From: Eledone cirrhosa
Taxonomy: Eukaryota
DNA length: 64,000 nt
Direction of reading: 5' to 3'
Assembly: GCA_964016885.1 (NCBI GenBank)
Contig: OZ024741.1
Coordinates: forward strand, 251,038,001 to 251,102,000
Shown here: positions 11,801 through 26,000 of the stretch, piece after piece
How the letters are laid out: each line of letters opens with the position of its first letter
How positions within the stretch are numbered: the first letter of the stretch is position 1
Translations under genes and position numbers: made by a program
Notes under the pieces: model-generated
Databases searched by the model: none
Seen by the model: the letters and a program-made list of their open reading frames with translations, nothing else
Told to the model about the DNA's origin: nothing

Positions 11801-14800
11801 TAAAAACAAAATCAAGGGCAGATAATTTCCAGCCGTCCAAGGGGATATAATTTCCAGCCGTGCAAGGGGAGATAATTTGTAAAAAAATCAGGGGGAGATA
11901 ATTTCCAGCCGTCCAAGGGGAGATAATTTTCAGCCGTCCAAGGAGAGGTAATTTCTAGCCGTCCAAGGGGAGATAATTTCCAGCCGTGCAAGGGGAGATA
12001 ATTTCCAGCCGTCCAAGGGGAGATAATTTCCATCCTTCTAAGGGGAGATAATTTCCAGCCGTCCAAGGGGAGATAATTTCCATCCAGCCAAGGGGAGATC
12101 ATTTTTAAAAAATCAGGCGGAGATAATTTGTAAAAAAAAAAATCAGGGGGAGATAATTTGTAAAAAAAAATCAGGGGGAGCTAATTTGTAAAAAAATATC
12201 AGGGGGAGATAATTTCCAGTCAGCCAAGGGGAGATAATTTCCAGCCAGCCAAGGGGAGATAATTTGTAAAAAAAATCAATGGGAGATAATTTCCAGCCGT
12301 CCAAGGGGAGATAATTTCCAGCCAGCCAACGGGAGATAATTTCCAGCCAGCCAAGGGGAGATATTTGTAAAAAAAAATCAGGGAGAGATAATTTGTAAAA
12401 AAAAAATCAGGGGTAGATAATTTGTAGAAGAAATCAATGGGAGATAATTTCCAGCCGTCCAAGGGGAGATAATTTCCATCCAGCCAAGGGGAGATAATTT
12501 TTTTTAAAAAATGAGGCGGAGATAATTTGTAAAAAAAAATCAGGGTGAGATAATTAGTAAAAAAATCAAGGGGAGATAATTCCCAGCCGTCCAAGGGGAG
12601 ATAATTTCCAGCCTTACAAGCGGCTATAATTTCCAACCGTCCAAAGGAAGATAATTTCCAGCCAGCGAAGGGGAGATAATTTTTTTTAAAATTAGGGGGA
12701 GATTTGTAAAAAAAAATCAGGGGGAGATAATTTGTAAAAAAAATCAAGGGGAAATAATTTCCAGCCGTCCAAGGGGAGATAATTTCCAGCCGTCCAAGGG
12801 CAGATAATTTCCAGCCGTCCAAGGAGAGATAATTTCCAGCCGTCCAAGGGCAGATAATTTCCAGCCGTCCAAGGAGAGGTAATTTCTAGCCGTCCAAGGG
12901 GAGATAATTTCCAGCATCCAAGGGGAGATAATTTCCAGCCAGCCAAGGGGAGATAATTTGTAAAAAAAATCAGGAGATAATTTGTAAAAAAAAATCAGGG
13001 GGAGATAATTTGTAAAAAAAAATCAGGGGGAGATAATTTGTAAAAAAAAATCAGGGGGAGATAATTTGTAAAAAAAATCAAGGGGAGATAATTTCCAGCC
13101 GTCCAAGGGAAGATAATTTCCAGCCCTCCAAGGGAAGATAACTTCCAGCCCTCCAAGGGGCTATAATTTCCAGCGTCCAAGGGGAGATAATTTCCAGCCA
13201 GCGAAGGGGAGATAATTTTTTTAAAAAAATCACTGGGAGATTTGTAAAAAAAATCAGGGGGAGATAATTTGTAAAAAAAATCAAGGGGAGATAATTTCCA
13301 GCCGTCCAAAGAGAGATAATTTCTAATCGTCCAAGGGGAGATAATTTCCAGCCAAGGGGAGCTAATTTCCAGCCGTCCAAGGGGAGATAATTTTTTAAAA
13401 AATCAGGTGGAGATAATTTGTAAAAAAAATCAGGGGAAGATAATTTGTAAAATCAAAATCAAGGGCAGATAATTTCCAGCCGTCCAAGGGGAGATAATTT
13501 CCAGCAGTGCAAGGGGAGATAATTTCCAGCCGTCCAAGGGGAGATAATTTCCATCCTTCCAAGGGGAGATAATTTCCAGGCGTCCAAGGGGAGATAATTT
13601 TCCGCCAGCCAAGGGAAGATCATATTTAAAAAAATCAGGCGGAGATAATTTGTAAAAAAAATCAGGGGGAGATAATTTGTAAAAAAATCAGGGTGAAATA
13701 ATTTGTAAAAAAAAACAGGGGGAGATAATTTGTAAAAAAAATCAGGGCGAGATAATTTGTAAAAAAAAAATCAGGGGGAGATAATTTGTAAAAAAATCAA
13801 GGGGAGATAATTTCCAGCCGTCCAAGGGGAGATAATTTTCAGCCGTCCAATGAGAGGTAATTTCTAGCCGTTCAAGGGGAGATAATTTCCAGCCGTCCAA
13901 GGGGAGATAATTTCCAGCCGTCCAAGGGGAGATAATTTTAAAAAAAATCAGGCGGAGCTAATTTGTAAAATAAATAATCAGGGGCAGATAATTTGTAAAA
14001 AAAAATCAGGGGGAGATAATTTGTATACAAAATCAAGGGGAGATAATTTCCAGCCGTCCAAGGCGAGATAATTTCCAGCCGTCCAAGGGTAGATAATTTA
14101 CAGCTGTCCAAGGAGAGGTAATTTCTAGGCGTCCAAGGGGAGATAATTTCCAGCCGTCCAAGGGGAGATAATTTCCAGCCAGCCAAGGGGAGATATTTGT
14201 AAAAAAATCAGGGAGAGATAATTTGTAAAAAAAAAATCAGGGGTAGATAATTTGTAGAAGACATAAAGGGGAGATAATTTCCAGCCGTCCAAGGGGAGAA
14301 AATTTCCATCCAGCCAAGGGGAGATAATTTTTTTAAAAAAATCAGGCGGAGATAATTTGTAAAAAAAATCAAGGGGAGATAATTTCCAGCCGTCCAAAGA
14401 GAGATAATTTCTAATCGTCCAAGGGGAGATAATTTCCAGCCAAGGGGAGATAATTTCCAGCCGTCCAAGCGGAGATAATTTTCAGCCGTCCAAGGAGAGG
14501 TAATTTCTAGCCGTCCAAGGGGAGATAATTTCCAGCCGTGCAAGGGGAGATAATTTCCAGCCGTCCAAGGGGAGATAATTTCCATCCTTCCAAGGGGAGA
14601 TAATTTCCAGCCGTCCAAGGGGAGATAATTTCCATCCAGCCAAGGGGAGATAATTTTAAAAAAATCAGGCGGAGATAATTTGTAAAAAAAAATAATCAGG
14701 GGGAGATAATTTGTAAAAAAAAATCAGGGGGAGCTAATTTGTAAAAAAATATCAGGGGGAGATAATTTCCAGCCAGCCAAGGGGAGATAATTTCCAGCCA

Positions 14801-17800
14801 GCCAAGGGGAGATAATTTGTAAAAAAAAATCAGGGAGAGAAAATTTGTAAAAAAAAAATCAGGGGTAGATAATTTGTAGAAGAAATCAATGGGAGATAAT
14901 TTCCAGCCGTCCAAGGGGAGATAATTTCCATCCAGCCAAGGGGAGATAATTTTTTTTTAAAAATGAGGCGGAGATAATTTGTAAAAAAAAATCAGGGTGA
15001 GATAATTAGTAAAAAAAATCAAGGGGAGATAATTCCCAGCCGTCCAAGGGGAGATAATTTCCAGCCCTACAAGCGGCTATAATTTCCAACCGTCCAAAGG
15101 AAGATAATTTCCAGCCAGCGAAGGGGAGATAATTTTTTTTAAAAAATCACTGGGATATTTGTAAAAAAAATCAGGGGGAGATAATTTGTAAAAAAATCAA
15201 GGGGAGATAATTTCCAGCCGTCCAAAGAGAGATAATTTCTAATCGTCCAAGGGGAGATAATTTCCAGCCAAGGGGAGATAATTTCCAGCCGTCCAAGGGG
15301 AGATAATTTTTTAAAAAATCAGGTGGAGATAATTTGTAGAAAAAATCAGGGGAAGATAATTTGTAAAATCAAAATCAAGGGCAGATAATTTCCAGCCGTC
15401 CAAGGGGAGATAATTTCCAGCAGTGCAAGGGGAGATAATTTCCAGCCGTCCAAGGGGAGATAATTTCCATCCTTCCAAGGGCAGATAATTTCCAGCCGTC
15501 CAAGGAGAGATAATTTCCAGCCGTCCAAGGGCAGATAATTTCCAGCCGTCCAAGGAGAGGTAATTTCTAGCCGTCCAAGGGGAGATAATTTCCAGCCTCC
15601 AAGGGGAGATAATTTCCAGCCAGCCAAGGGGAGATAATTTGTAAAAAAAATCAGGAGATAATTTGTAAAAAAAAATCAGGGGGAGATAATTTGTAAAAAA
15701 AAATCAGGGGGAGATAATTTGTAAAAAAAAATCAGGGGGAGATAATTTGTAAAAAAAATCAAGGGGAGATAATTTCCAGCCGTCCAAGGGAAGATAATTT
15801 CCAGCCCTCCAAGGGAAGATAACTTCCAGCCCTCCAAGGGGCTATAATTTCCAGCGTCCAAGGGGAGATAATTTCCAGCCAGCGAAGGGGAGATAATTTT
15901 TATAAAAAAATCACTGGGATATTTGTAAAAAAAATCAGGGGGAGATAATTTGTAAAAAAAATCAAGGGGAGAAAATTTCCAGCCGTCCAAAGAGAGATAA
16001 TTTCTAATCGTCCAAGGGGAGATAATTTCCAGCCAAGGGGAGATAATTTCCAGCCGTCCAAGGGGAGATAATTTTTTAAAAAATCAGGTGGAGATAATTT
16101 GTAAAAAAAATCAGGGGAAGATAATTTGTAAAATCAAAATCAAGGGCAGATAATTTCCAGCCGTCCAAGGGGAGATAATTTCCAGCAGTGCAAGGGGAGA
16201 TAATTTCCAGCCGTCCAAGGGGAGATAATTTCCATCCTTCCAAGGGGAGATAATTTCCAGGCGTCCAAGGGGAGATAATTTTCCGCCAGCCAAGGGAAGA
16301 TCATATTTAAAAAAATCAGGCGGAGATAATTTGTAAAAAAAATCAGGGGGAGATAATTTGTAAAAAAATCAGGGTGAAATAATTTGTAAAAAAAAACAGG
16401 GGGAGATAATTTGTAAAAAAAAATCAGGGGGAGATAATTAGTAAAAAAAAAATCAGGGGGAGATAATTTGTAAAAAAATCAAGGGGAGATAATTTCCAGC
16501 CGTCCAAGGGGAGATAATTTTCAGCCGTCCAAGGAGAGGTAATTTCTAGCCGTTCAAGGGGAGATAATTTCCAGCCGTCCAAGGGGAGATAATTTCCAGC
16601 CGTCCAAGGGGAGATAATTTTAAAAAAAAATCAGGCGGAGCTAATTTGTAAAATAAATAATCAGGGGCAGATAATTTACAGCTGTCCAAGGAGAGGTAAT
16701 TTCTAGGCGTCCAAGGGGAGATAATTTCCAGCCGTCCAAGGGGAGATAATTTCCAGCCAGCCAAGGGGAGATATTTGTAAAAAAAATCAGGGAGAGATAA
16801 TTTGTAAAAAAAAAATCAGGGGTAGATAATTTGTAGAAGACATAAAGGGGAGATAATTTCCAGCCGTCCAAGGGGAGAAAATTTCCATCCAGCCAAGGGG
16901 AGATAATTTTTTTAAAAAAATCAGGCGGAGATAATTTGTAAAAAAAAATCAGGGGGAGATAATTAGTAAAAAAATGAAGGGGAGATAATTTCCAGCCGTC
17001 CAAGGGGAGATAATTTCCAGCCCTACAAGCAGCTATAATTTCCAGCCGTCCAAAGGGAGATAATTTCCAGCCAGCGAAGGGGAGATAATTTTTTTTTAAA
17101 TTAGGGGGATATTTGTAAAAAAAATCAGGGGGAGACAATTTGTAAAAAAAATCAAGGGGAAATAATTTCCAGCCGTCCAAGGGGAGATAATTTCCAGCCG
17201 TCCAAGGGGAGATAATTTCCAGCCGTCCAAGGAGAGGTAATTTCCAGCCGTCCAAGGGGAGATAATTTCCAGCCGTCCAAGGGGAGATAATTTCCAGCCG
17301 TTCAAGGGGAGATAATTTCCAGCCGTCCAAGGAGAGGTAATTTCTAGCCGTCCAAGGGGAGATAATTTCCAGCCGTCCAAGGGGAGATAATTTCCAGCCA
17401 GCCAAGGGGAGATAATTTGTAAAAAAAAATCAGGGGGAGATAATTTGTAAAAAAAAAATCAGGAGGAGATAATTTGGAAAAAAAAATCAGGGGTAGATAA
17501 TTTGTAAAAAAAAATCAGGGGGAGATAATTTGTAAAAAAATCAAGGGGAGATAATTTCCAGCCGTCCAAGGAGAGATAATTTTCAGCCGTCCAAGGAGAG
17601 GTAATTTCTAGCCGTTCAAGGGGAGATAATTTCCAGCCGTCCATGGGGAGATAATTTCCAGCCGTCCAAGGGGAGATAATTTTAAAAAAAAATCAGGCGG
17701 AGCTAATTTGTAAAAAAATAATCAGGGGCAGATAATTTGTAAAAAAAAATCAGGGGGAGATAATTTGTATACAAAATCAAGGGGAGATAATTTCCAGCCG

Positions 17801-18530
17801 TCCAAGGCGAGGTAATTTCCAGCCGTCCAAGGGGAGATAATTTACAGCTGTCCAAGGAGAGGTAATTTCTAGGCGTCCAAGGGGAGATAATTTCCAGCCG
17901 TCCAAGGGGAGATAATTTCCAGCCAGCCAAGGGGAGATAATTTCCAGCCAGCCAAGGGGAGATATTTGTAAAAAAAATCAGGGAGAGATAATTTGTAAAA
18001 AAAAATCAGGGGTAGATAATTTGTAAAAGACATAAAGGGGAGATAATTTCCAGCCGTCCAAGGGGAGATAATTTTCAGCCGTCCAAGGAGAGGTAATTTC
18101 TAGCCGTCCAAGGGGAGATAATTTCCAGCCGTCCAAGGGGAGATAATTTCCAGCCGTCCAAGGGGAGATAATTTTCAGCCGTCCAAGGAGAGGTAATTTC
18201 TAGCCGTCCAAGGGAAGATAATTTCCAGCCCTCCAAGGGAAGATAACTTCCAGCCCTCCAAGGGGCTATAATTTCCAGCGTCCAAGGGGAGATAATTTCC
18301 AGCCAGCGAAGGGGAGATAATTTTTTTTAAAAAATCACTGGGAGATTTGTAAAAAAAATCAGGGGGAGATAATTTGTAAAAAAAATCAAGGGGAGATAAT
18401 TTCCAGCCGTCCAAAGAGAGATAATTTCTAGCCGTCCAAGGGGAGATAATTTCCAGCCAAGGGGAGATAATTTCCAGCCGTCCAAGGGGAGATAATTTTT
18501 TTAAAAATCAGGTGGAGATAATTTGTAAAA
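8868..18530 (+). repeat. Copy 1 of a ~9-10 kb segmental duplication (partner ~20025-28860)
   Basis: ORF offsets are constant at 11157-11158 from 8959/20116 to 15676/26834, then ~10306-10330 (17459/27789, 17703/28030). Private variants ttcattccagcc and gtaaaacaatc are in both copies. Confidence 0.93.
9805..13740 (+). repeat. Tandem duplication of a ~1960-bp higher-order unit (two copies)
   Basis: ORF offsets 9853/11812, 10732/12692, 11118/13078 and 11470/13430. Shared ccttctaagg, ccaacggg, ttccaaccg, ctaatcgtcc, gatcatattt and gggtgaaat. Confidence 0.93.
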
Positions 18531-20024
18531 AAATCAGGGGAAGATAATTTGTAAAAACAAAATCAAGGGCAGATAATTTCCAGCCGTCCAAGGGGAGATA
18601 ATTTCCAGCAGTGCAAGGGGAGATAATTTCCAGCCGTCCAAGGGGAGATAATTTCCATCCTTCCAAGGGGAGATAATTTCCAGCCGTCCAAGGGGAGATA
18701 ATTTCCCGCCAGCCAAGGGAAGATAATATTTAAAAAAATCAGGCGGAGATAATTTGTAAAAAAAATCAGGGGTAGATAATTTGTAAAAAAATCGGGGGGA
18801 GATAATTTGTAAAAAAAAATCAGGGGGAGATAATTTGTAAAAAAAATCAGGGGGAGATAATTTGTAAAAAAAATCAGGGGTAGATAATTTGTAAAAAAAA
18901 ATCAGGGGGAGATAATTTGGAAAAAAAAATCAAGGGGAGATAATTTCCAGCCGTCCAAGGGGAGATAATTTTCAGCCGTCCAAGGAGAGGTAATTTCTAG
19001 CCGTTCAAGGGGAGATAATTTCCAGCCGTCCAAGGGGAGATAATTTCCAGCCGTCCAAGGGGAGATAATTTTTAAAAAAAATCAGGCGGAGCTAATTTGT
19101 AAAAAAATAATCAGGGGCAGATAATTTGTAAAAAAAAATCAGGGCGAGATAATTTGTATACAAAATCAAGGGGAGATAATTTCCAGCCGTCCAAGGCGAG
19201 ATAATTTCCAGCCGTCCAAGGGGAGATAATTTACAGCTGTCCAAGTAGAGGTGATTTCTAGGCGTCCAAGGGGAGATAATTTCCAGCCGTCCAAGGGGAG
19301 ATAATTTCCAGCCAGCCAAGGGGAGATAATTTCCAGCCAGCCAAGGGGAGATATTTGTAAAAAAAAATCAGGGGGAGCTAATTTGTAAAAAAAAATCAGG
19401 GGGAGATAATTTGTAAAAAAAATCAAGGGGAGATAATTTCCAGCCGTCCAAGGGGAGATAATTTTCAGCCGTCCAAGGAGAGGTAATTTCTAGCCGTCCA
19501 AGGGGAGATAATTTCCAGCCGTCCAAGGGGAGATAATTTTTAAAAAAATCAGGTGGAGATAATTTGTAAAAAAAAAATCAGGGGGAGATAATTTGTAAAA
19601 AAAAATCAGGGGTAGCTAATTTGTAAAAAAATATCAGGGGGAGATAATTTCCAGCCAGCCAAGGGGAGATAATTTCCAGCCAGCCAAGGGGAGATAATTT
19701 CCAGCCAGCCAAGGGGAGATAATTTCCAGCCAGCCAAGGGGAGATAATTTGTAAAAAAAAATCAGGGTGAGATAATTAGTAAAAAAATCAAGGGGAGATA
19801 ATTCCCAGCCGTCCAAGGGGAGATAATTTCCAGCCCTACAAGCGGCTATAATTTCCAGCCGTCCAAAGGAAGATAATTTCCAGCCAGCGAAGGGGAGATA
19901 ATTTTTTTTTAAAAATCTCTGGGAGATTTGTAAAAAAAATCAGGGGGAGATAATTTGTAAAAAAAATCAAGGGGAAATAATTTCCAGCCGTCCAAGGGGA
20001 GATAATTTCCATCCGTCCAAGGGC

Positions 20025-23000
20025 AGATAATTTCCAGCCAAGGGTAGATAATTTCCAGCCGTCCAAGAGGAGATAATTTTTTTAAATATCAGGTGGAGAT
20101 AATTTGTAAAAAAAATCAGGGGGAGATAATTTGTAAAAACAAAATCAAGGGCAGATAATTTCCAGCCGTCCAAGGGGAGATAATTTCCAGCCGTGCAAGG
20201 GGAGATAATTTGTAAAAAAAATCAGGGGGAGATAATTTCCAGCCGTCCAAGGGGAGATAATTTTCAGCCGTCCAAGGAGAGGTAATTTCTAGGCGTCCAA
20301 GGGAAGATAATTTCCAGCCGTGCAAGGGGAGATAATTTCCAGCCGTCCAAGGGGAGATAATTTCCATCCTTCCAAGGGGAGATAATTTCCAGCCGTCCAA
20401 GGGGAGATAATTTCCAGCCGTTCAAGGGGAGATAATTTCCAGCCGTTCAAGGGGAGATAATTTCTAGCCGTCCAAGGTGAGATAATTTCCAGCCGTCCAA
20501 GGGGAGATAAATTCCAGCCTCCAAGGGGAGATAATTTCATTCCAGCCAAGGGGAGATAATTTGTAAAACAATCAGGGGGAGATAATTTGTAAAAAAAAAT
20601 CAGGGGGAGATAATTTGTAAAAAAAAATCAGGGGTGATAATATGTAAAAAAAATCAAGGGGAGATAATTTCCAGCCGTCCAAGGGAAGATAATTTCCAGC
20701 CCTCCAAGGGGCTATAATTTCCAGCGTCCAAGGGGAGGTAATTTCCAGCCAGCGAAGGGGAGATAATTTTTTTTAAAAAATCACTGGGAGATTTGTAAAA
20801 AAAATCAGGGGGAGATAATTTGTAAAAAAAATCAAGGGGAGATAATTTCCAGCCGTCCAAAGAGAGATAATTTCTAATCGTCCAAGGGGAGATAATTTCC
20901 AGCCAAGGGGAGATAATTTCCAGCCGTCCAAGGGGAGATAATTTTTTTAAATATCAGGTGGAGATAATTTGTAAAAAAAATCAGGGGGAGATAATTTGTA
21001 AAAACAAAATCAAGGGCAGATAATTTCCAGCCGTCCAAGGGGAGATAATTTCCAGCCGTGCAAGGGGAGATAATTTGTAAAAAAATCAGGGGGAGATAAT
21101 TTCCAGCCGTCCAAGGGGAGATAATTTTCAGCCGTCCAAGGAGAGGTAATTTCTAGCCGTCCAAGGGGAGATAATTTCCAGCCGTGCAAGGGGAGATAAT
21201 TTCCAGCCGTCCAAGGGGAGATAATTTCCATCCTTCTAAGGGGAGATAATTTCCAGCCGTCCAAGGGGAGATAATTTCCATCCAGCCAAGGGGAGATAAT
21301 TTTTAAAAAATCAGGCGGAGATAATTTGTAAAAAAAAAAATCAGGGGGAGATAATTTGTAAAAAAAAATCAGGGGGAGCTAATTTGTAAAAAAATATCAG
21401 GGGGAGATAATTTCCAGCCAGCCAAGGGGAGATAATTTCCAGCCAGCCAAGGGGAGATAATTTGTAAAAAAAATCAATGGGAGATAATTTCCAGCCGTCC
21501 AAGGGGAGATAATTTCCAGCCAGCCAACGGGAGATAATTTCCAGCCAGCCAAGGGGAGATATTTGTAAAAAAAAATCAGGGAGAGATAATTTGTAAAAAA
21601 AAATCAGGGGTAGATAATTTGTAGAAGAAATCAATGGGAGATAATTTCCAGCCGTCCAAGGGGAGATAATTTCCATCCAGCCAAGGGGAGATAATTTTTT
21701 TTAAAAAATGAGGCGGAGATAATTTGTAAAAAAAAATCAGGGTGAGATAATTAGTAAAAAAATCAATGGGAGATAATTCCCAGCCGTCCAAGGGGAGATA
21801 ATTTCCAGCCCTAAAAGCGGCTATAATTTCCAACCGTCCAAAGGAAGATAATTTCCAGCCAGCGAAGGGGAGATAATTTTTTTTAAAATTAGGGGGAGAT
21901 TTGTAAAAAAAAATCAGGGGGAGATAATTTGTAAAAAAAATCAAGGGGAAATAATTTCCAGCCGTCCAAGGGGAGATAATTTCCAGCCGTCCAAGGGCAG
22001 ATAATTTCCAGCCGTCCAAGGAGAGATAATTTCCAGCCGTCCAAGGGCAGATAATTTCCAGCCGTCCAAGGAGAGGTAATTTCTAGCCGTCCAAGGGGAG
22101 ATAATTTCCAGCCTCCAAGGGGAGATAATTTCCAGCCAGCCAAGGGGAGATAATTTGTAAAAAAAATCAGGAGATAATTTGTAAAAAAAAATCAGGGGGA
22201 GATAATTTGTAAAAAAAAATCAGGGGGAGATAATTTTTAAAAAAAAATCAGGGGGAGATAATTTGTAAAAAAAAATCAAGGGGAGATAATTTCCAGCCGT
22301 CCAAGGGAAGATAATTTCCAGCCCTCCAAGGGAAGATAACTTCCAGCCCTCCAAGGGGCTATAATTTCCAGCGTCCAAGGGGAGATAATTTCCAGCCAGC
22401 GAAGGGGAGATAATTTTTTTAAAAAAATCACTGGGAGATTTGTAAAAAAAATCAGGGGGAGATAATTTGTAAAAAAAATCAAGGGGAGATAATTTCCAGC
22501 CGTCCAAAGAGAGATAATTTCTAATCGTCCAAGGGGAGATAATTTCCAGCCAAGGGGAGATAATTTCCAGCCGTCCAAGGGGAGATAATTTTTTAAAAAA
22601 TCAGGTGGAGATAATTTGTAAAAAAAATCAGGGGAAGATAATTTGTAAAATCAAAATCAAGGGCAGATAATTTCCAGCCGTCCAAGGGGAGATAATTTCC
22701 AGCAGTGCAAGGGGAGATAATTTCCAGCCGTCCAAGGGGAGATAATTTCCATCCTTCCAAGGGGAGATAATTTCCAGGCGTCCAACGGGAGATAATTTTC
22801 CGCCAGCCAAGGGAAGATCATATTTAAAAAAATCAGGCGGAGATAATTTGTAAAAAAAATCAGGGGGAGATAATTTGTAAAAAAATCAGGGTGAAATAAT
22901 TTGTAAAAAAAAACAGGGGGAGATAATTTGTAAAAAAAAATCAGGGGGAGATAATTTGTAAAAACAAAATCAAGGGCAGATAATTTCCAGCCGTCCAAGG

Positions 23001-26000
23001 GGATATAATTTCCAGCCGTGCAAGGGGAGATAATTTGTAAAAAAATCAGGGGGAGATAATTTCCAGCCGTCCAAGGGGAGATAATTTTCAGCCGTCCAAG
23101 GAGAGGTAATTTCTAGCCGTCCAAGGGGAGATAATTTCCAGCCGTGCAAGGGGAGATAATTTCCAGCCGTCCAAGGGGAGATAATTTCCATCCTTCTAAG
23201 GGGAGATAATTTCCAGCCGTCCAAGGGGAGATAATTTCCATCCAGCCAAGGGGAGATAATTTTTAAAAAATCAGGCGGAGATAATTTGTAAAAAAAAAAA
23301 TCAGGGGGAGATAATTTGTAAAAAAAAATCAGGGGGAGCTAATTTGTAAAAAAATATCAGGGGGAGATAATTTCCAGTCAGCCAAGGGGAGATAATTTCC
23401 AGCCAGCCAAGGGGAGATAATTTGTAAAAAAAATCAATGGGAGATAATTTCCAGCCGTCCAAGGGGAGATAATTTCCAGCCAGCCAACGGGAGATAATTT
23501 CCAGCCAGCCAAGGGGAGATATTTGTAAAAAAAAATCAGGGAGAGATAATTTGTAAAAAAAAAATCAGGGGTAGATAATTTGTAGAAGAAATCAATGGGA
23601 GATAATTTCCAGCCGTCCAAGGGGAGATAATTTCCATCCAGCCAAGGGGAGATAATTTTTTTTAAAAAATGAGGCGGAGATAATTTGTAAAAAAAAATCA
23701 GGGTGAGATAATTAGTAAAAAAATCAAGGGGAGATAATTCCTAGCCGTCCAAGGGGAGATAATTTCCAGCCTTACAAGCGGCTATAATTTCCAACCGTCC
23801 AAAGGAAGATAATTTCCAGCCAGCGAAGGGGAGATAATTTTTTTTAAAATTAGGGGGAGATTTGTAAAAAAAAATCAGGGGGAGATAATTTGTAAAAAAA
23901 ATCAAGGGGAAATAATTTCCAGCCGTCCAAGGGGAGATAATTTCCAGCCGTCCAAGGGCAGATAATTTCCAGCCGTCCAAGGAGAGATAATTTCCAGCCG
24001 TCCAAGGGCAGATAATTTCCAGCCGTCCAAGGAGAGGTAATTTCTAGCCGTCCAAGGGGAGATAATTTCCAGCATCCAAGGGGAGATAATTTCCAGCCAG
24101 CCAAGGGGAGATAATTTGTAAAAAAAATCAGGAGATAATTTGTAAAAAAAAATCAGGGGGAGATAATTTGTAAAAAAAAATCAGGGGGAGATAATTTGTA
24201 AAAAAAAATCAGGGGGAGATAATTTGTAAAAAAAATCAAGGGGAGATAATTTCCAGCCGTCCAAGGGAAGATAATTTCCAGCCCTCCAAGGGAAGATAAC
24301 TTCCAGCCCTCCAAGGGGCTATAATTTCCAGCGTCCAAGGGGAGATAATTTCCAGCCAGCGAAGGGGAGATAATTTTTTTAAAAAAATCACTGGGAGATT
24401 TGTAAAAAAAATCAGGGGGAGATAATTTGTAAAAAAAATCAAGGGGAGATAATTTCCAGCCGTCCAAAGAGAGATAATTTCTAATCGTCCAAGGGGAGAT
24501 AATTTCCAGCCAAGGGGAGCTAATTTCCAGCCGTCCAAGGGGAGATAATTTTTTAAAAAATCAGGTGGAGATAATTTGTAAAAAAAATCAGGGGAAGATA
24601 ATTTGTAAAATCAAAATCAAGGGCAGATAATTTCCAGCCGTCCAAGGGGAGATAATTTCCAGCAGTGCAAGGGGAGATAATTTCCAGCCGTCCAAGGGGA
24701 GATAATTTCCATCCTTCCAAGGGGAGATAATTTCCAGGCGTCCAAGGGGAGATAATTTTCCGCCAGCCAAGGGAAGATCATATTTAAAAAAATCAGGCGG
24801 AGATAATTTGTAAAAAAAATCAGGGGGAGATAATTTGTAAAAAAATCAGGGTGAAATAATTTGTAAAAAAAAACAGGGGGAGATAATTTGTAAAAAAAAT
24901 CAGGGCGAGATAATTTGTAAAAAAAAAATCAGGGGGAGATAATTTGTAAAAAAATCAAGGGGAGATAATTTCCAGCCGTCCAAGGGGAGATAATTTTCAG
25001 CCGTCCAATGAGAGGTAATTTCTAGCCGTTCAAGGGGAGATAATTTCCAGCCGTCCAAGGGGAGATAATTTCCAGCCGTCCAAGGGGAGATAATTTTAAA
25101 AAAAATCAGGCGGAGCTAATTTGTAAAATAAATAATCAGGGGCAGATAATTTGTAAAAAAAAATCAGGGGGAGATAATTTGTATACAAAATCAAGGGGAG
25201 ATAATTTCCAGCCGTCCAAGGCGAGATAATTTCCAGCCGTCCAAGGGTAGATAATTTACAGCTGTCCAAGGAGAGGTAATTTCTAGGCGTCCAAGGGGAG
25301 ATAATTTCCAGCCGTCCAAGGGGAGATAATTTCCAGCCAGCCAAGGGGAGATATTTGTAAAAAAATCAGGGAGAGATAATTTGTAAAAAAAAAATCAGGG
25401 GTAGATAATTTGTAGAAGACATAAAGGGGAGATAATTTCCAGCCGTCCAAGGGGAGAAAATTTCCATCCAGCCAAGGGGAGATAATTTTTTTAAAAAAAT
25501 CAGGCGGAGATAATTTGTAAAAAAAATCAAGGGGAGATAATTTCCAGCCGTCCAAAGAGAGATAATTTCTAATCGTCCAAGGGGAGATAATTTCCAGCCA
25601 AGGGGAGATAATTTCCAGCCGTCCAAGCGGAGATAATTTTCAGCCGTCCAAGGAGAGGTAATTTCTAGCCGTCCAAGGGGAGATAATTTCCAGCCGTGCA
25701 AGGGGAGATAATTTCCAGCCGTCCAAGGGGAGATAATTTCCATCCTTCCAAGGGGAGATAATTTCCAGCCGTCCAAGGGGAGATAATTTCCATCCAGCCA
25801 AGGGGAGATAATTTTAAAAAAATCAGGCGGAGATAATTTGTAAAAAAAAATAATCAGGGGGAGATAATTTGTAAAAAAAAATCAGGGGGAGCTAATTTGT
25901 AAAAAAATATCAGGGGGAGATAATTTCCAGCCAGCCAAGGGGAGATAATTTCCAGCCAGCCAAGGGGAGATAATTTGTAAAAAAAAATCAGGGAGAGAAA

